Positions 21,171 through 30,248 of a stretch of DNA of 64,000 bases are shown in pieces. The notes below the pieces were generated by a model. That model saw nothing but the letters and a program-made list of their open reading frames with translations, did not search any database and was not told the origin of the DNA. Within the stretch, counting starts at the first letter, position 1. Each line of letters starts with the position of its first letter. The position numbers were made by a program, and so were the translations under genes. This stretch comes from an uncultured Thermoleophilia bacterium. Its GTDB lineage: Bacteria; Actinomycetota; Thermoleophilia; UBA2241. The stretch spans positions 448,001 through 512,000 of the forward strand of contig CAVPCT010000003.1 in assembly GCA_963702475.1 (NCBI GenBank). Direction: 5' to 3'.

Positions 21171-21611
21171 ATGGACGACCGGATCACAGAGAGGGCGGGC
21201 GGCGGGTTCCCTCAGATCCCGCCCGCCGGGCTGCTCTTGGGCCTCGGGATCGACGTGATCGAGGCCGCCCGCATCCGGCGCCTGCTCGAGCGCCTGCCGC
21301 GCGCCTATCAGCGTCTCTTCAGCGAGCAGGAGCGCGCGTACTGCGACCGTTTCTCGGACCCGTGGCCGCACTACGCCGCCCGCTTCGCCGCCAAGGAAGC
21401 GGTCGGCAAGGCCCTCGGCATCGGTATCATCGGGTTCGTGTGGCGAGAGGTGGAGGTGCTCTCCGGCGGCAAGCCGCTCATCGCCCTGCACGGCGACGTC
21501 GCCCGGATCGCCCGGCGCCTCGGCGTGACCCGCGTCGAGCTCTCACTCAGTCATACAGGCGGCATGGCCTACGCCGTGGCCGCCGCCCTCAAGGAGGACG
21601 CGCGTGGATGA
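21171..21611 (+). CDS. acpS: Holo-ACP synthase
   Basis: GLGIDVIE..RI, AARFAAKEA..KALG.G, SLSH; TAGAAT lies 6 nt before the ATG. Confidence 0.93.
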   Translation: MDDRITERAGGGFPQIPPAGLLLGLGIDVIEAARIRRLLERLPRAYQRLFSEQERAYCDRFSDPWPHYAARFAAKEAVGKALGIGIIGFVWREVEVLSGGKPLIALHGDVARIARRLGVTRVELSLSHTGGMAYAVAAALKEDARG

Positions 21612-23184
21612 GTCCCTGCTGCTCCCGCTCTACACCGGCGACCTGATGCGCAAGGTCGACGGCACCGCGATCCACGGCGTCGGCATCCCCGGCGGCCACC
21701 TCATGGAGCGTGCCGGCCTGGCCGTCGCGACGGAGATCCTCGACCGCTACGATCCGGACGAGGCCGTCGTCTTCGCCGGCAAGGGCAACAACGGCGGGGA
21801 CGGCTTCGTCGTGGCGCGCGAGCTGTTCAACGCCGGCGTCGAGGTGACGGTGTTCGTCCTGGCGGCGCCGGACGAGTACAAGGACGACGCCGGCCTCAAC
21901 CTGCTCGTCCTGGAGCAGCTGGGTGTGGACGTGCTGCCGGCTGCGGACGACGCCGGGGAGCTGCACGAGGGCGTCGTCTCGCTCACCGAGATGGCCGACG
22001 TGGTGGTGGACGCCATCTTCGGGACCGGATTCACCGGCGCCGCCAAGGGCCCCGCCGCGCTGGCCATAGAGCTCATCAACGAGGCGCCCGGCGCCGTGGT
22101 GAGCGTGGACATCGCCAGCGGTGTGGGCGCCGACGCTGGCGCCGTGCACGGGCCGGCGGTGGCGGCCGACCTCACCGTGGCGCTGCACGCCGCCAAGGTC
22201 GGCCACTTCGTCACTCCCGGCGGAGCGTTCAGCGGCGAAGTGGTGGTGGTGCCCATCGGCATCCCGCCGCTGTGCGATCACGACACGGACGTGTGGCTGC
22301 TCACGGCCGAGGGCGTCGCCGGGCTGGTCGTGCCCAAGAGCTCGCTCGACCACAAACGTTCCGTCGGCACCGTGCTCGTCGTGGGCGGCTCGCGCGGCAT
22401 GACCGGGGCGGCGCACATGGCCGCCTTCTCGGCGCTGCGCGCCGGCGCCGGGCTCGTACACGCCGCCCTGCCGCAGGGCGCGGGCGGCGAGAAGCCGTTC
22501 ATGGAGGTGATCACCGTCGAGGTGCCCGGTGAGGACGGGCAGTTCTCGCTGGAGGCGAGGCCGGCGCTGGCGGAGCAGGCCGCCGGCCTCAAGGCCATGG
22601 CCGTCGGCCCCGGCCTCGGCCGCACCGACGGCGCCCGGCTGCTGGTCAGAGAACTGCTGAGCCTCGACCGGCCGCTGCTGCTGGACGCCGACGGCCTGTG
22701 GGCCATGGGCGGCAAGCTCGAGCTGCTCGCGGAGCGTACGCAGCCGACGGTGCTCACGCCGCACGAGGGCGAGCTGGGCCGCCTGCTCGGCCGCCCGGCG
22801 GACGAGGTCGCGGCCCAGCGGCTCGTGTGCGCCCGCTCCGCCGCGCAGCGCAGCGGCGCGACGGTGGTCCTCAAGGGCGAGGCGACCATCGTCGCCGACC
22901 CGTCGGGACACTGTTACGTCGTCCCGACCGGCAACCCCGGCCTCGCCACGCCGGGCACGGGCGACGTGCTCACCGGCATCATCGCGGCGCAGCTGGCCAA
23001 GGGCATGAGCGGTACTGAGGCGGCCTGCCTGGGCGCCTACGTGCACGGGTTCGCCGCCGACCTCGCGTCTGAGCAGGTGGGGACCGAGGGTATGGTGGCA
23101 AGCGACGTCATCGAATCACTGCCGGCGGCCGTGGAGCGGCTCAAGGCCGGCCCGGAGGAGGAAGAAGGGCATGAGCACCACTGA
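21604..23184 (+). CDS. nnr: Bifunctional NAD(P)H-hydrate epimerase/dehydratase
   Basis: LMERAG, GKGNNGGDG, DAIFGTG; GGS.GMTGA, GPGLG, DADGL, TPHEGE, GTGDVL. Confidence 0.95.
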   Translation: MDESLLLPLYTGDLMRKVDGTAIHGVGIPGGHLMERAGLAVATEILDRYDPDEAVVFAGKGNNGGDGFVVARELFNAGVEVTVFVLAAPDEYKDDAGLNLLVLEQLGVDVLPAADDAGELHEGVVSLTEMADVVVDAIFGTGFTGAAKGPAALAIELINEAPGAVVSVDIASGVGADAGAVHGPAVAADLTVALHAAKVGHFVTPGGAFSGEVVVVPIGIPPLCDHDTDVWLLTAEGVAGLVVPKSSLDHKRSVGTVLVVGGSRGMTGAAHMAAFSALRAGAGLVHAALPQGAGGEKPFMEVITVEVPGEDGQFSLEARPALAEQAAGLKAMAVGPGLGRTDGARLLVRELLSLDRPLLLDADGLWAMGGKLELLAERTQPTVLTPHEGELGRLLGRPADEVAAQRLVCARSAAQRSGATVVLKGEATIVADPSGHCYVVPTGNPGLATPGTGDVLTGIIAAQLAKGMSGTEAACLGAYVHGFAADLASEQVGTEGMVASDVIESLPAAVERLKAGPEEEEGHEHH

Positions 23185-23719
23185 ACCGCCCGTCGAGGGC
23201 GCTGCGCCGGTCGAGGACGAGGAGTACACCGGCGAGGCCGATGCGGGCGAGACCGAAGACGCCGAGGCTCTCGTGCGCGACATCATGACCGCGCCGGTCA
23301 TCACCGTGGGTCCCGACATGTCCGTCAAGGACCTCGCCGCCCTGTTCCGCGAGCAGCGCGTCGGCGGAGTCCCCGTCGTCCAGGACGGCAGGCTCATCGG
23401 CATGGTCACCGAGGGCGACATGATGGCCATGGACGCCGACATCCAGTACCCGCACTGGTTCGAGCTGTTCGACAGCGTCATCTACCTGGGCAGCCAGAAG
23501 AAGTTCAAAGCGCAGCTGGAGAAGGCCGCCGCCGCCAACGTCGAACAGCTCATGACGCACCGCGAGAAGGTGATGACCGTCGGGCCGGACGACCCGGCAC
23601 GCCAGGCCGCCAACCTCATGGTGAAGCACCACTTCGACCGTGTCCCCGTTGTGGACGAGGACGACGACCTGTTGGGGCTGGTCACGCGGCACGACATCAT
23701 GAAGCTCATCGGGCTCTGA
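23171..23719 (+). CDS. Tandem CBS domain protein
   Basis: VRDIMT, GVPVV.DG.LIG.VTE.D, and a second PVVD...LLGLVTR.D. Confidence 0.9.
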   Translation: MSTTEPPVEGAAPVEDEEYTGEADAGETEDAEALVRDIMTAPVITVGPDMSVKDLAALFREQRVGGVPVVQDGRLIGMVTEGDMMAMDADIQYPHWFELFDSVIYLGSQKKFKAQLEKAAAANVEQLMTHREKVMTVGPDDPARQAANLMVKHHFDRVPVVDEDDDLLGLVTRHDIMKLIGL

Positions 23720-23720
23720 G

Positions 23721-24935
23721 ATGCTGGCCGGGTGCGAGCGTGCCCTGGCGGAGGTCGACCTCGAGGCGGTCCGCCACAACGTCCGGCGGCTGAGCAGTGG
23801 CCTGCCGGTCGGAGGGCGGCTGTGCGCCGTGGTCAAGGCCGACGGTTACGGGCACGGGGCTGTGCCGGTGGCCGGCGCGGCGCTCGAGGCCGGCGCGGCC
23901 TGGCTCGGGGTGTCCACGGCCGGCGAGGCGGAGGAGCTCCGCGCAGCCGGCCTGACCGCTCCCGTGCTCGTGTTCGGCCCGATGACGGGCCTCGACCTGG
24001 CGCGGGCCGTGGCGGCCGGCGCCGAGGTGGTCGTGTGGTCGGCCAGGTTCCTGGAGGCGGCACGCCGCCGCAAGGCTCGCGTGCACGTCAAGTACAACTC
24101 CGGGATGGGCCGGCTCGGCGTGGGCGAGGAGAAGACCCGCATGCTCTGTGCCGCGGCGGCCGCGGACGGGCTGCTCGCGGGCCTGATGAGCCACTTCGCC
24201 ACCGCCGATGAGGCGGACAGCGGCTTCTTCGAGGAGCAGCTGGCGCGGTTCACCGCGCTCGCCGGCGAACTGAAAGCGCTGTACCCGGACCTGCTCTGTC
24301 ACACGGCGAACAGCGCGGCGGTGCTGCGCGCGCCGCGCTCCCACTTCGACATGGTGCGCACCGGCATCGCGATGTACGGGCTGGCGCCGTCCAACGACGA
24401 CCCGTTCAAGGACGGGCTGCGGCCGGCGATGAAGCTCAGCTCCTACGTGGCGGCGGTGCGTCTGGTAGAACCGGGCGAGTCGGTCGGCTACGGTCGCCGG
24501 TTCATCGCCGACGAGCCGGCGCGGGTGGCGATCGTGCCGATCGGCTACGCCGACGGGGTGCGCCGAGCTCTGACGAACCGCGGGGATGTGCTGGTCGCCG
24601 GGAGGCGGTGTCGCATCACCGGCACCGTGAGCATGGACCAGCTCACCGTGCGCCTGCCCGAGGACTGGGGCGGGCCCGGGGACGAAGTCGTGTTCTTCGG
24701 CGCAGCCGGGGACGGCGGACGGCTCGGCCTGTCCGCGCCGAACGCCGCCGGCGGCCCGGGGCCGCGCGCGGACGCGCCCGACGCGGCGCGCATCCTGTGC
24801 GAGGAGGTCGCGCGGGTGCTCGAGACGATCAACTACGAGGTGGCCTGCGACGTCGGGGCGCGGGTGGCGCGCCGCTACCGCGGCGTGGAGCCCGCGCCGG
24901 GCGCCGGATCCAGCGCCGCCGGCCCGCCCGCCTGA
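23721..24935 (+). CDS. alr: Alanine racemase
   Basis: AVVKADGYGHG, GM.RLG, MSHFA.AD, VRTGI.MYG, IGYADG, SMDQ, TINYE. Confidence 0.96.
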   Translation: MLAGCERALAEVDLEAVRHNVRRLSSGLPVGGRLCAVVKADGYGHGAVPVAGAALEAGAAWLGVSTAGEAEELRAAGLTAPVLVFGPMTGLDLARAVAAGAEVVVWSARFLEAARRRKARVHVKYNSGMGRLGVGEEKTRMLCAAAAADGLLAGLMSHFATADEADSGFFEEQLARFTALAGELKALYPDLLCHTANSAAVLRAPRSHFDMVRTGIAMYGLAPSNDDPFKDGLRPAMKLSSYVAAVRLVEPGESVGYGRRFIADEPARVAIVPIGYADGVRRALTNRGDVLVAGRRCRITGTVSMDQLTVRLPEDWGGPGDEVVFFGAAGDGGRLGLSAPNAAGGPGPRADAPDAARILCEEVARVLETINYEVACDVGARVARRYRGVEPAPGAGSSAAGPPA

Positions 24936-24942
24936 GGTAGCC

Positions 24943-26577
24943 GTGCCTGGCCTGCCTGAAGGGGGAACGCGCCCGCCGTCACCCGACGAGGTGACGGTGG
25001 CGGCACGCGCCTGCCTCGGTCCCGGTGAGGCCGGCTGGCTGGTCGGCGGATGCCTGCGTGACGAGCTGCTCGGGCGCGCCTCCGGTGACGTCGACGTCGT
25101 CGTGGACGGCGACCCCGAGCGATTCGCGCGCGCGCTGGCCGGCCGCCTCGGCGGCCCCCTGTTCGCCTCGTCCGACGCGTTCGGCACGTGGCGTGTCCTC
25201 GTTGCCGGCGCCCACGTCGACGTTGCACCGCTGCGCGCCCTCCCGGTGAGCGCTGAGAACGGCGAGCCGGGTCGTGACGCGCGCAGATCCGCCGGGCGGG
25301 CCGGCGAAGCCTCGCCCGCGTCTCGCAGCGCCCGTCTCGAGGCCGACCTGCGCCTGCGCGACTTCACCGTGGACGCGCTGGCGCGGCCGCTCGAGGGCGG
25401 CGGCATCGTCGACCCGCTCAACGGCCTCGACGACCTGGCCGCACGCCGGCTGCGGCTGTGCTCGCCCGGCGCGCTCGAGAGCGACCCGCTGCGCGTGCTT
25501 CGTCTCGCGCGCCTCGCGCGGCACCACGGTCTCGTCCCCGACCACGTCGCGACCACTGCGGCCGTGGCAGCCGCCCCGCTGCTCACCCAGGTCAGCGGCG
25601 AGCGCGTGCGAGACGAGCTCTCGGCGATCCTCGCGGGTCCCGACGCGGCCGTCTCCTTCCGCGACCTCGCCGTGTGGGGCGCGCTCGCCTTCGTCCTTCC
25701 CGAGGTCGACGCGCTCCGCGGGGTCGAGCAGAACCCGTACCACCACCTCGACGTGTTCGAGCACACGCTCGAAGCGCTCACCTTCGTGGACGGCGTCGTC
25801 AAGCAGCTCGGGGGCGAGTCGCACCTCACCTCTCCCGAGGAGGCAGGGCTCCCAGGGGTCGCCCCGCTGGTCCCCGTCACCTGGGCCGTGCTGCTGCACG
25901 ACATCGGCAAGCCGGTGGTCAAGGTGGTTGACGAGCAAGGACGCATCATCTTCTGGCACCACGACGAGGCCGGCCGCCGGATGGGGCAGGAGATCGCCGC
26001 CCGCTTGCGTATGAGCCACCGTTTCGCTCAGTACCTGGGGACCCTGATCAGGCAGCACCTGCGCCTCGGGTTCCTCATCCGCGAGCACCCCCTGACGCGC
26101 CGGGCCCTGGCTCGGTACCGTCGCGACGTGAGCCCGTGGGTGTTCGAATCGGTGGTGGTCTCGCTGTGCGACCGCCTGGCGACGCGGGGGGAGAAGACGC
26201 CCGCGGTGTCGATGGCGCGGCACTACCGCGTGGCGCGGTCGGTGTGGACGGCCGTGAGCAAGGCGCCGGTGCCGCAGGTGCTCAGCGGCGACGACGTGAT
26301 GGAGGTGCTCGGTATCGAGCCCGGTCCGGCGGTCGGCCAGGCGCTGGACGCCCTCGAGGAAGAGCTGGAAGCCGGCGAGGTGCTCACGGAGGACGAGGCG
26401 CGCGTCTTCCTGCTGGCGTGGTGGGAGCGGGAGAGCGAGGAGCCGGGCGAAGAGGAGGACGCGGCCGGCAGGCCAGGCAGTGGCGGGACCGTGGGCGGAA
26501 GACCCGGCGGCCGGCCTGCTGGACCCGGCCCGCCCGGAGGATCCGGCGGCCGGCCCGAAGGCGGACCAGATGCCTGA
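24943..26577 (+). CDS. cca: tRNA nucleotidyltransferase/poly(A) polymerase family with HD domain
   Basis: VGGCLRD.LLG...DVDV, DL..RDFT, DPLR.LR, SGERVRDE, YHHLDV.EHT, LLHDIGK, HLR. Confidence 0.85.
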   Translation: MPGLPEGGTRPPSPDEVTVAARACLGPGEAGWLVGGCLRDELLGRASGDVDVVVDGDPERFARALAGRLGGPLFASSDAFGTWRVLVAGAHVDVAPLRALPVSAENGEPGRDARRSAGRAGEASPASRSARLEADLRLRDFTVDALARPLEGGGIVDPLNGLDDLAARRLRLCSPGALESDPLRVLRLARLARHHGLVPDHVATTAAVAAAPLLTQVSGERVRDELSAILAGPDAAVSFRDLAVWGALAFVLPEVDALRGVEQNPYHHLDVFEHTLEALTFVDGVVKQLGGESHLTSPEEAGLPGVAPLVPVTWAVLLHDIGKPVVKVVDEQGRIIFWHHDEAGRRMGQEIAARLRMSHRFAQYLGTLIRQHLRLGFLIREHPLTRRALARYRRDVSPWVFESVVVSLCDRLATRGEKTPAVSMARHYRVARSVWTAVSKAPVPQVLSGDDVMEVLGIEPGPAVGQALDALEEELEAGEVLTEDEARVFLLAWWERESEEPGEEEDAAGRPGSGGTVGGRPGGRPAGPGPPGGSGGRPEGGPDA

Positions 26578-27568
26578 GCTTCCCGAGGTCGAGACCGTCC
26601 GGCGCAGGCTGATGACCTGTCTGCCGGGGCTCCTGGTGCGCGATGTGGTCGTGAACGATGCGACGGTGAGCGAGCAGGGCGAGGCGGAGCTCCGCGCCCT
26701 GCTCAGACGCCGCCGAGTCACCGGCCTGCGGCGGCGCGGCAAGTACCTGATCGTCGACCTGGGGCCGCGGGAGGACGAGGCGGCCGGCGGTACTTCGCCC
26801 GCCGGCCCTGCTCTGCCTGCCGGTCCAGCTTCGCCCGCCGGCCTCGCTGGGCCCGCCGGCCCCACCGTCGCCGTCATCCACCTGCGCATGACCGGCCAGC
26901 TGCTCTTTCGCCCGGAGCCGGGCGACCGTCCGCCGCGCTTCGTCTGGCGGCTCGAGCCGGACACCGATCTGCAGTTCCAGGATGTGCGCCGCTTCGGCCG
27001 CCTCTGGGCGTTTCCACCCGAGGCCGAGGAGGGCTTCTTCGCCGGCATGGGTCCGGAGCCGTTCTCGGCCGCGTTCACGGTCGCACACCTGCTGGAGGCG
27101 GCGCACGGGCGTCAGGCGCCGCTCAAGTCGTTCCTGCTCGACCAGCGGCGCGTCGCCGGTGTCGGCAACATCTACGCCGACGAAGCGCTGTTCCGGGCCC
27201 GCCTGCACCCGCTGCGGGCGGCAGGGTCTGTGGGGCCGCGTGAGGCGCGTCGCCTGCACGCGGCCCTGCTCGAGACCCTGCAGGACGGTATCGACCACGA
27301 GGGGTCGTCGATCGAGAGCTTCATCGACCCGGCCGGGCGCCGGGGCAGCTTCCAGGAGATGCTCAACGTCTACCAGCGCACCGGGCAGCCGTGCCGGGTG
27401 TGCGGGACGACCGTCCGGCGACTGGAGGTGGGCGGCAGGGGGACGCACTACTGCCCGTCGTGCCAGCCGCGCCGCGGCGGCATGTCGCGTGGTTCGCGGC
27501 GGCTGCGCGGCAGCTCTGTGCCGCCGCGCAGCGGCAAGCCCCCCGACTGGGCGTCCCCGGAGCGGTGA
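26570..27568 (+). CDS. mutM: Formamidopyrimidine-DNA glycosylase
   Basis: MPELPEVETV, RRGKYL, HLRMTG, D.RRFG, LLDQ..VAGVGNIYADE, C..C...GRGT.YC..CQ zinc finger. Confidence 0.96.
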   Translation: MPELPEVETVRRRLMTCLPGLLVRDVVVNDATVSEQGEAELRALLRRRRVTGLRRRGKYLIVDLGPREDEAAGGTSPAGPALPAGPASPAGLAGPAGPTVAVIHLRMTGQLLFRPEPGDRPPRFVWRLEPDTDLQFQDVRRFGRLWAFPPEAEEGFFAGMGPEPFSAAFTVAHLLEAAHGRQAPLKSFLLDQRRVAGVGNIYADEALFRARLHPLRAAGSVGPREARRLHAALLETLQDGIDHEGSSIESFIDPAGRRGSFQEMLNVYQRTGQPCRVCGTTVRRLEVGGRGTHYCPSCQPRRGGMSRGSRRLRGSSVPPRSGKPPDWASPER

Positions 27569-28083
27569 GGGCCGGCGCCGGGGACGGCCCAGGCCGCGTG
27601 TCCGGACCGGAATCACCGGCCGGCGCGGGCGCTGCGCCTCCCCTCTACATCGTGTTGACCTACGTGCCGCGCCGCACGGTCATCGTGATCGGCGAGAAGG
27701 GGCCGCAGGCGTTCCCCCGCGGCTGGTACACGTATGTGGGCAGCGCCGTGCGGGCGCGCGAGGCGCGCGTGGCCCGCCACCTCGCGCGCGAGAAACCGCT
27801 GCGCTGGCACGCCGACTACCTGTTCGCCGCCGTTCCGGCGAGGGCCGCGTGGCTGGTCGACGGCGCTCGCGGTGAGTGCGGGCTGGCCGGCGCCCTGGCG
27901 GCACTGCCCGGCGCGGAGCGCCGTCCGGCCCGCTTCGGCGCCGGCGACTGCCGATGTGCCGGGCACCTCGTGCGCTTTGCGCGCCGGCCCCGGCGCCCTG
28001 ACCTGGCGGCCGCGGCGCACGCCGCCGGCGCCCTGCCCGCCGGCGCCGTGCGACGCTTTCGCGCCACTCACCCGGCGCCCTGA
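27565..28083 (+). CDS. DUF123 / GIY-YIG (Uri) nuclease family protein
   Basis: G.Y.YVGSA....ARV.RH....K...WHADYL, ECG, FGA.DC.C.GHL. Confidence 0.78.
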   Translation: MRAGAGDGPGRVSGPESPAGAGAAPPLYIVLTYVPRRTVIVIGEKGPQAFPRGWYTYVGSAVRAREARVARHLAREKPLRWHADYLFAAVPARAAWLVDGARGECGLAGALAALPGAERRPARFGAGDCRCAGHLVRFARRPRRPDLAAAAHAAGALPAGAVRRFRATHPAP

Positions 28084-28225
28084 CCGCTCACCGGCGCCGC
28101 GCGCCGGCCGCGTGGCGCCCACGCCTGCCTTGCGTTGGCCCAGCAAGCGGTCGTGATGAGCGTCGGTACCCATGCTGCCTGGGCCATCGTACCTAGAACG
28201 TCTGTCTACTCGCGCCCGCCATCTC

Positions 28226-28252
28226 TAAAGTCGTGGCCCCAGTTGCCGATGC
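28226..28252 (+). promoter_or_regulatory. Sigma28 (FliA/WhiG)-like promoter upstream of the fibre locus
   Basis: TAAA (28226-28229)-N15-GCCGATGC (28245-28252), versus consensus TAAA-N15-GCCGATAA. Confidence 0.55.
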
Positions 28253-28494
28253 CTTGCTCGCGCTGCCATCCAGGCTGCGTGCGACGGTCGCCGTCCGGAG
28301 TGAGCGCCAGTCTGGCGCCTTGGAGCGCCGATGGACGCTGGGTCCGGCGAACGTCCGCGAAGGGCCCGTGAGGGCTCGGGCGGCCGGTGCCGGACAGGAC
28401 TCCGCAGCCGAAAGGGCGACGCTGGTCGTCGGTTCGAAGCAGGGTGTCCGCGCCGGCGACAGAACGTAACTGACGGATCGGACTTGGAGGTCAG

Positions 28495-29058
28495 ATGAAG
28501 CGGTTCAGGGTCTTGTTCGGGCAGCGGCGGTTCCAGCTGTTGGTCACCGTCGCGGTGGTGCTGCTTGCCGCGAGCGTGGTCATCGGTTCGGGCGCTACGT
28601 TCACGAGCACGTCGGCCAACCCGGACAACCTGCTCACTACGGGCAACCTGCATCACAGCAGCACCCCGGCAGATGGGACGGCGATCATCACGGCGGCTTT
28701 GATGAAGCCCGGCGACACCGCCAACGGTAGCATCACCCTCACCAACGACGGCGACATCCCCGGCACCTTCACGCTCTCCAAGACCATCACATCCAATGTG
28801 CCCGGCCTGTTCGGCGGCGACCTGGCGGGCAAGCTCCTGCTGACCATCTCGGAGGGCGGCAGCACCGTGTGGAGCGGCACCATCGGTGGCGACCTGACCT
28901 CGGTCGGCCTCGGCACGTGGGATCCGGGCGCCGCGCACACCTACGACTTCACGGTGACCTTCCCCGACTCCGGCACGCCGACGAGCAACACCACGGAGGA
29001 CAACGCCTACAAGCACGCCAGCATCACCGCGCAGTTCGTCTGGACTGCCGTCCAGTGA
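28495..29058 (+). CDS. TasA/CalY-like secreted fibre subunit (probable major subunit)
   Basis: SipW-type signal ...VVIGSGA|TFTSTSANPDN..T.GNL; LMKPGDT..GSITLTNDG; terminal F.WTAVQ; GGAGG RBS. Confidence 0.8.
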   Translation: MKRFRVLFGQRRFQLLVTVAVVLLAASVVIGSGATFTSTSANPDNLLTTGNLHHSSTPADGTAIITAALMKPGDTANGSITLTNDGDIPGTFTLSKTITSNVPGLFGGDLAGKLLLTISEGGSTVWSGTIGGDLTSVGLGTWDPGAAHTYDFTVTFPDSGTPTSNTTEDNAYKHASITAQFVWTAVQ

Positions 29059-29070
29059 CCTGAGAGCTCC

Positions 29071-29118
29071 GCGTCCGGGGGCGGGCTCGGTCCACAGCCC
29101 GCCCCCGGACGCTTCTCT
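29071..29118 (+). terminator. Intra-operon terminator/stabilising hairpin after the first subunit gene
   Basis: 17-bp perfect stem GCGTCCGGGGGCGGGCT-N8-AGCCCGCCCCCGGACGC followed by TTCTCT. Confidence 0.7.
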
Positions 29119-29135
29119 CGCACACGGGGGACCAC

Positions 29136-29681
29136 GTGCTCACGACGAGCCGCGACATCTGGGTAAGGAAGGTACTCCTCTCTCTGGTCGTGCTCGCGGT
29201 CCTCGCCCTCACCTTCAGCTCCCTCGAGCTCTCGGGAGCGAGCTTCACGTCCGGTGCTGCCAATCCGGGTAGTGTCTTCACCGCCGGGAACCTGTCGCAC
29301 GTCAACGACCGCGATGGCCAGCTGACGATCGACGCGAGCGGCCTGACCCCCGGCGCCACCTGCGCCGGGACGATGACGCTCCTCGCCACCGGCGATCTTG
29401 ACGGCGACTACACACTGCGTGCCTCCCGCCTCACCGACACGCCGGGACCGGCAAGGCTCTCGACCGTGCTCACGCTGACCATCGAGGAGGTCGGTGAGGT
29501 GAACGACACGCTGTACGACGGGCCGGTGGCCGGCTTCTCCTCGGCCGCCCTGGGCACCGTCTGGGCCGGCACGGCGCGCACCTACGTTCTCTCGCTCGCG
29601 TATCCGGAGGGCCCCAACGACGCTGCCCTGCAGGGCGCGACCATGGTGCTGGAGCTCGTCGTCGCGGGGGTCGCGCGATGA
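29136..29681 (+). CDS. TasA/CalY-like subunit 2
   Basis: LSGA|SFTSGAANPGSVFTAGNL.H; GLTPG; visibly paralogous to 28495-29058. Confidence 0.72.
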   Translation: MLTTSRDIWVRKVLLSLVVLAVLALTFSSLELSGASFTSGAANPGSVFTAGNLSHVNDRDGQLTIDASGLTPGATCAGTMTLLATGDLDGDYTLRASRLTDTPGPARLSTVLTLTIEEVGEVNDTLYDGPVAGFSSAALGTVWAGTARTYVLSLAYPEGPNDAALQGATMVLELVVAGVAR

Positions 29682-30244
29682 CGCGCCTGGCCCGGCCGGC
29701 CACCACCGCCGCGTGCCTCGCGCTGTCCATCGCCCTCGTGCTCCTGGTGTTGGCCCCGGCGCTCCTGGGCCTGCATCGCTACGTCATCACCGGCGGGTCG
29801 ATGGCGGGCGCCATCGACAGAGGGTCGGTGGTCTACGCGCGGCTCACGCCGGTGGAGCGGCTCAGGGTGGGCGACATCGTCACATTCGTTCCACCCGGCG
29901 AGCAGCGCATGGTCACCCACCGCATCATCGGCATCTCCAGGACCAGGGACGGTAGGCTGGCCTTCCAGACCAAGGGCGACTTCAACACAGCTGCGGACCC
30001 CGGGAGGATCGTCTTCTCGCAGCCCCAGCAGGCGCGCTGCGTGTACCACATCCCGTACCTGGGCTATGCACTGGCGCCGCTGGGGAGCCGTCAGGTGCGC
30101 CTGGTGGTGATCGCTGTGCCGGCGATCGTCCTGGCCGTCTCGCTGTTGTGGTCGATCTGGCGGTCCGCCGGTGACGAACTGCGCCGCCGGGAGGCGGCGG
30201 ACCGCGCCCTGCCGCACACGTCGTCCGGCGCCGACGCTGAGTGA
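29678..30244 (+). CDS. sipW: SipW-type (ER/archaeal-type, S26B) signal peptidase I
   Basis: TM then ITGGSM (Ser), L.VGDIVTF, VTHRI (His), FQTKGD.N...DP, IPYLGY, second TM. Confidence 0.9.
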   Translation: MTRLARPATTAACLALSIALVLLVLAPALLGLHRYVITGGSMAGAIDRGSVVYARLTPVERLRVGDIVTFVPPGEQRMVTHRIIGISRTRDGRLAFQTKGDFNTAADPGRIVFSQPQQARCVYHIPYLGYALAPLGSRQVRLVVIAVPAIVLAVSLLWSIWRSAGDELRRREAADRALPHTSSGADAE

Positions 30245-30248
30245 GCGC

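Noticed and set aside
28340-28400. c-di-GMP riboswitch in the fibre-locus leader
   Set aside because: Lacks the GGCAAAC...GACGCAAAGC core of class I and the loop pseudoknot of class II; kept only as an unassigned structured leader
28233-28469. 78-aa ORF upstream of the fibre genes
   Set aside because: Starts inside the putative promoter, has no RBS and shows atypical codon usage
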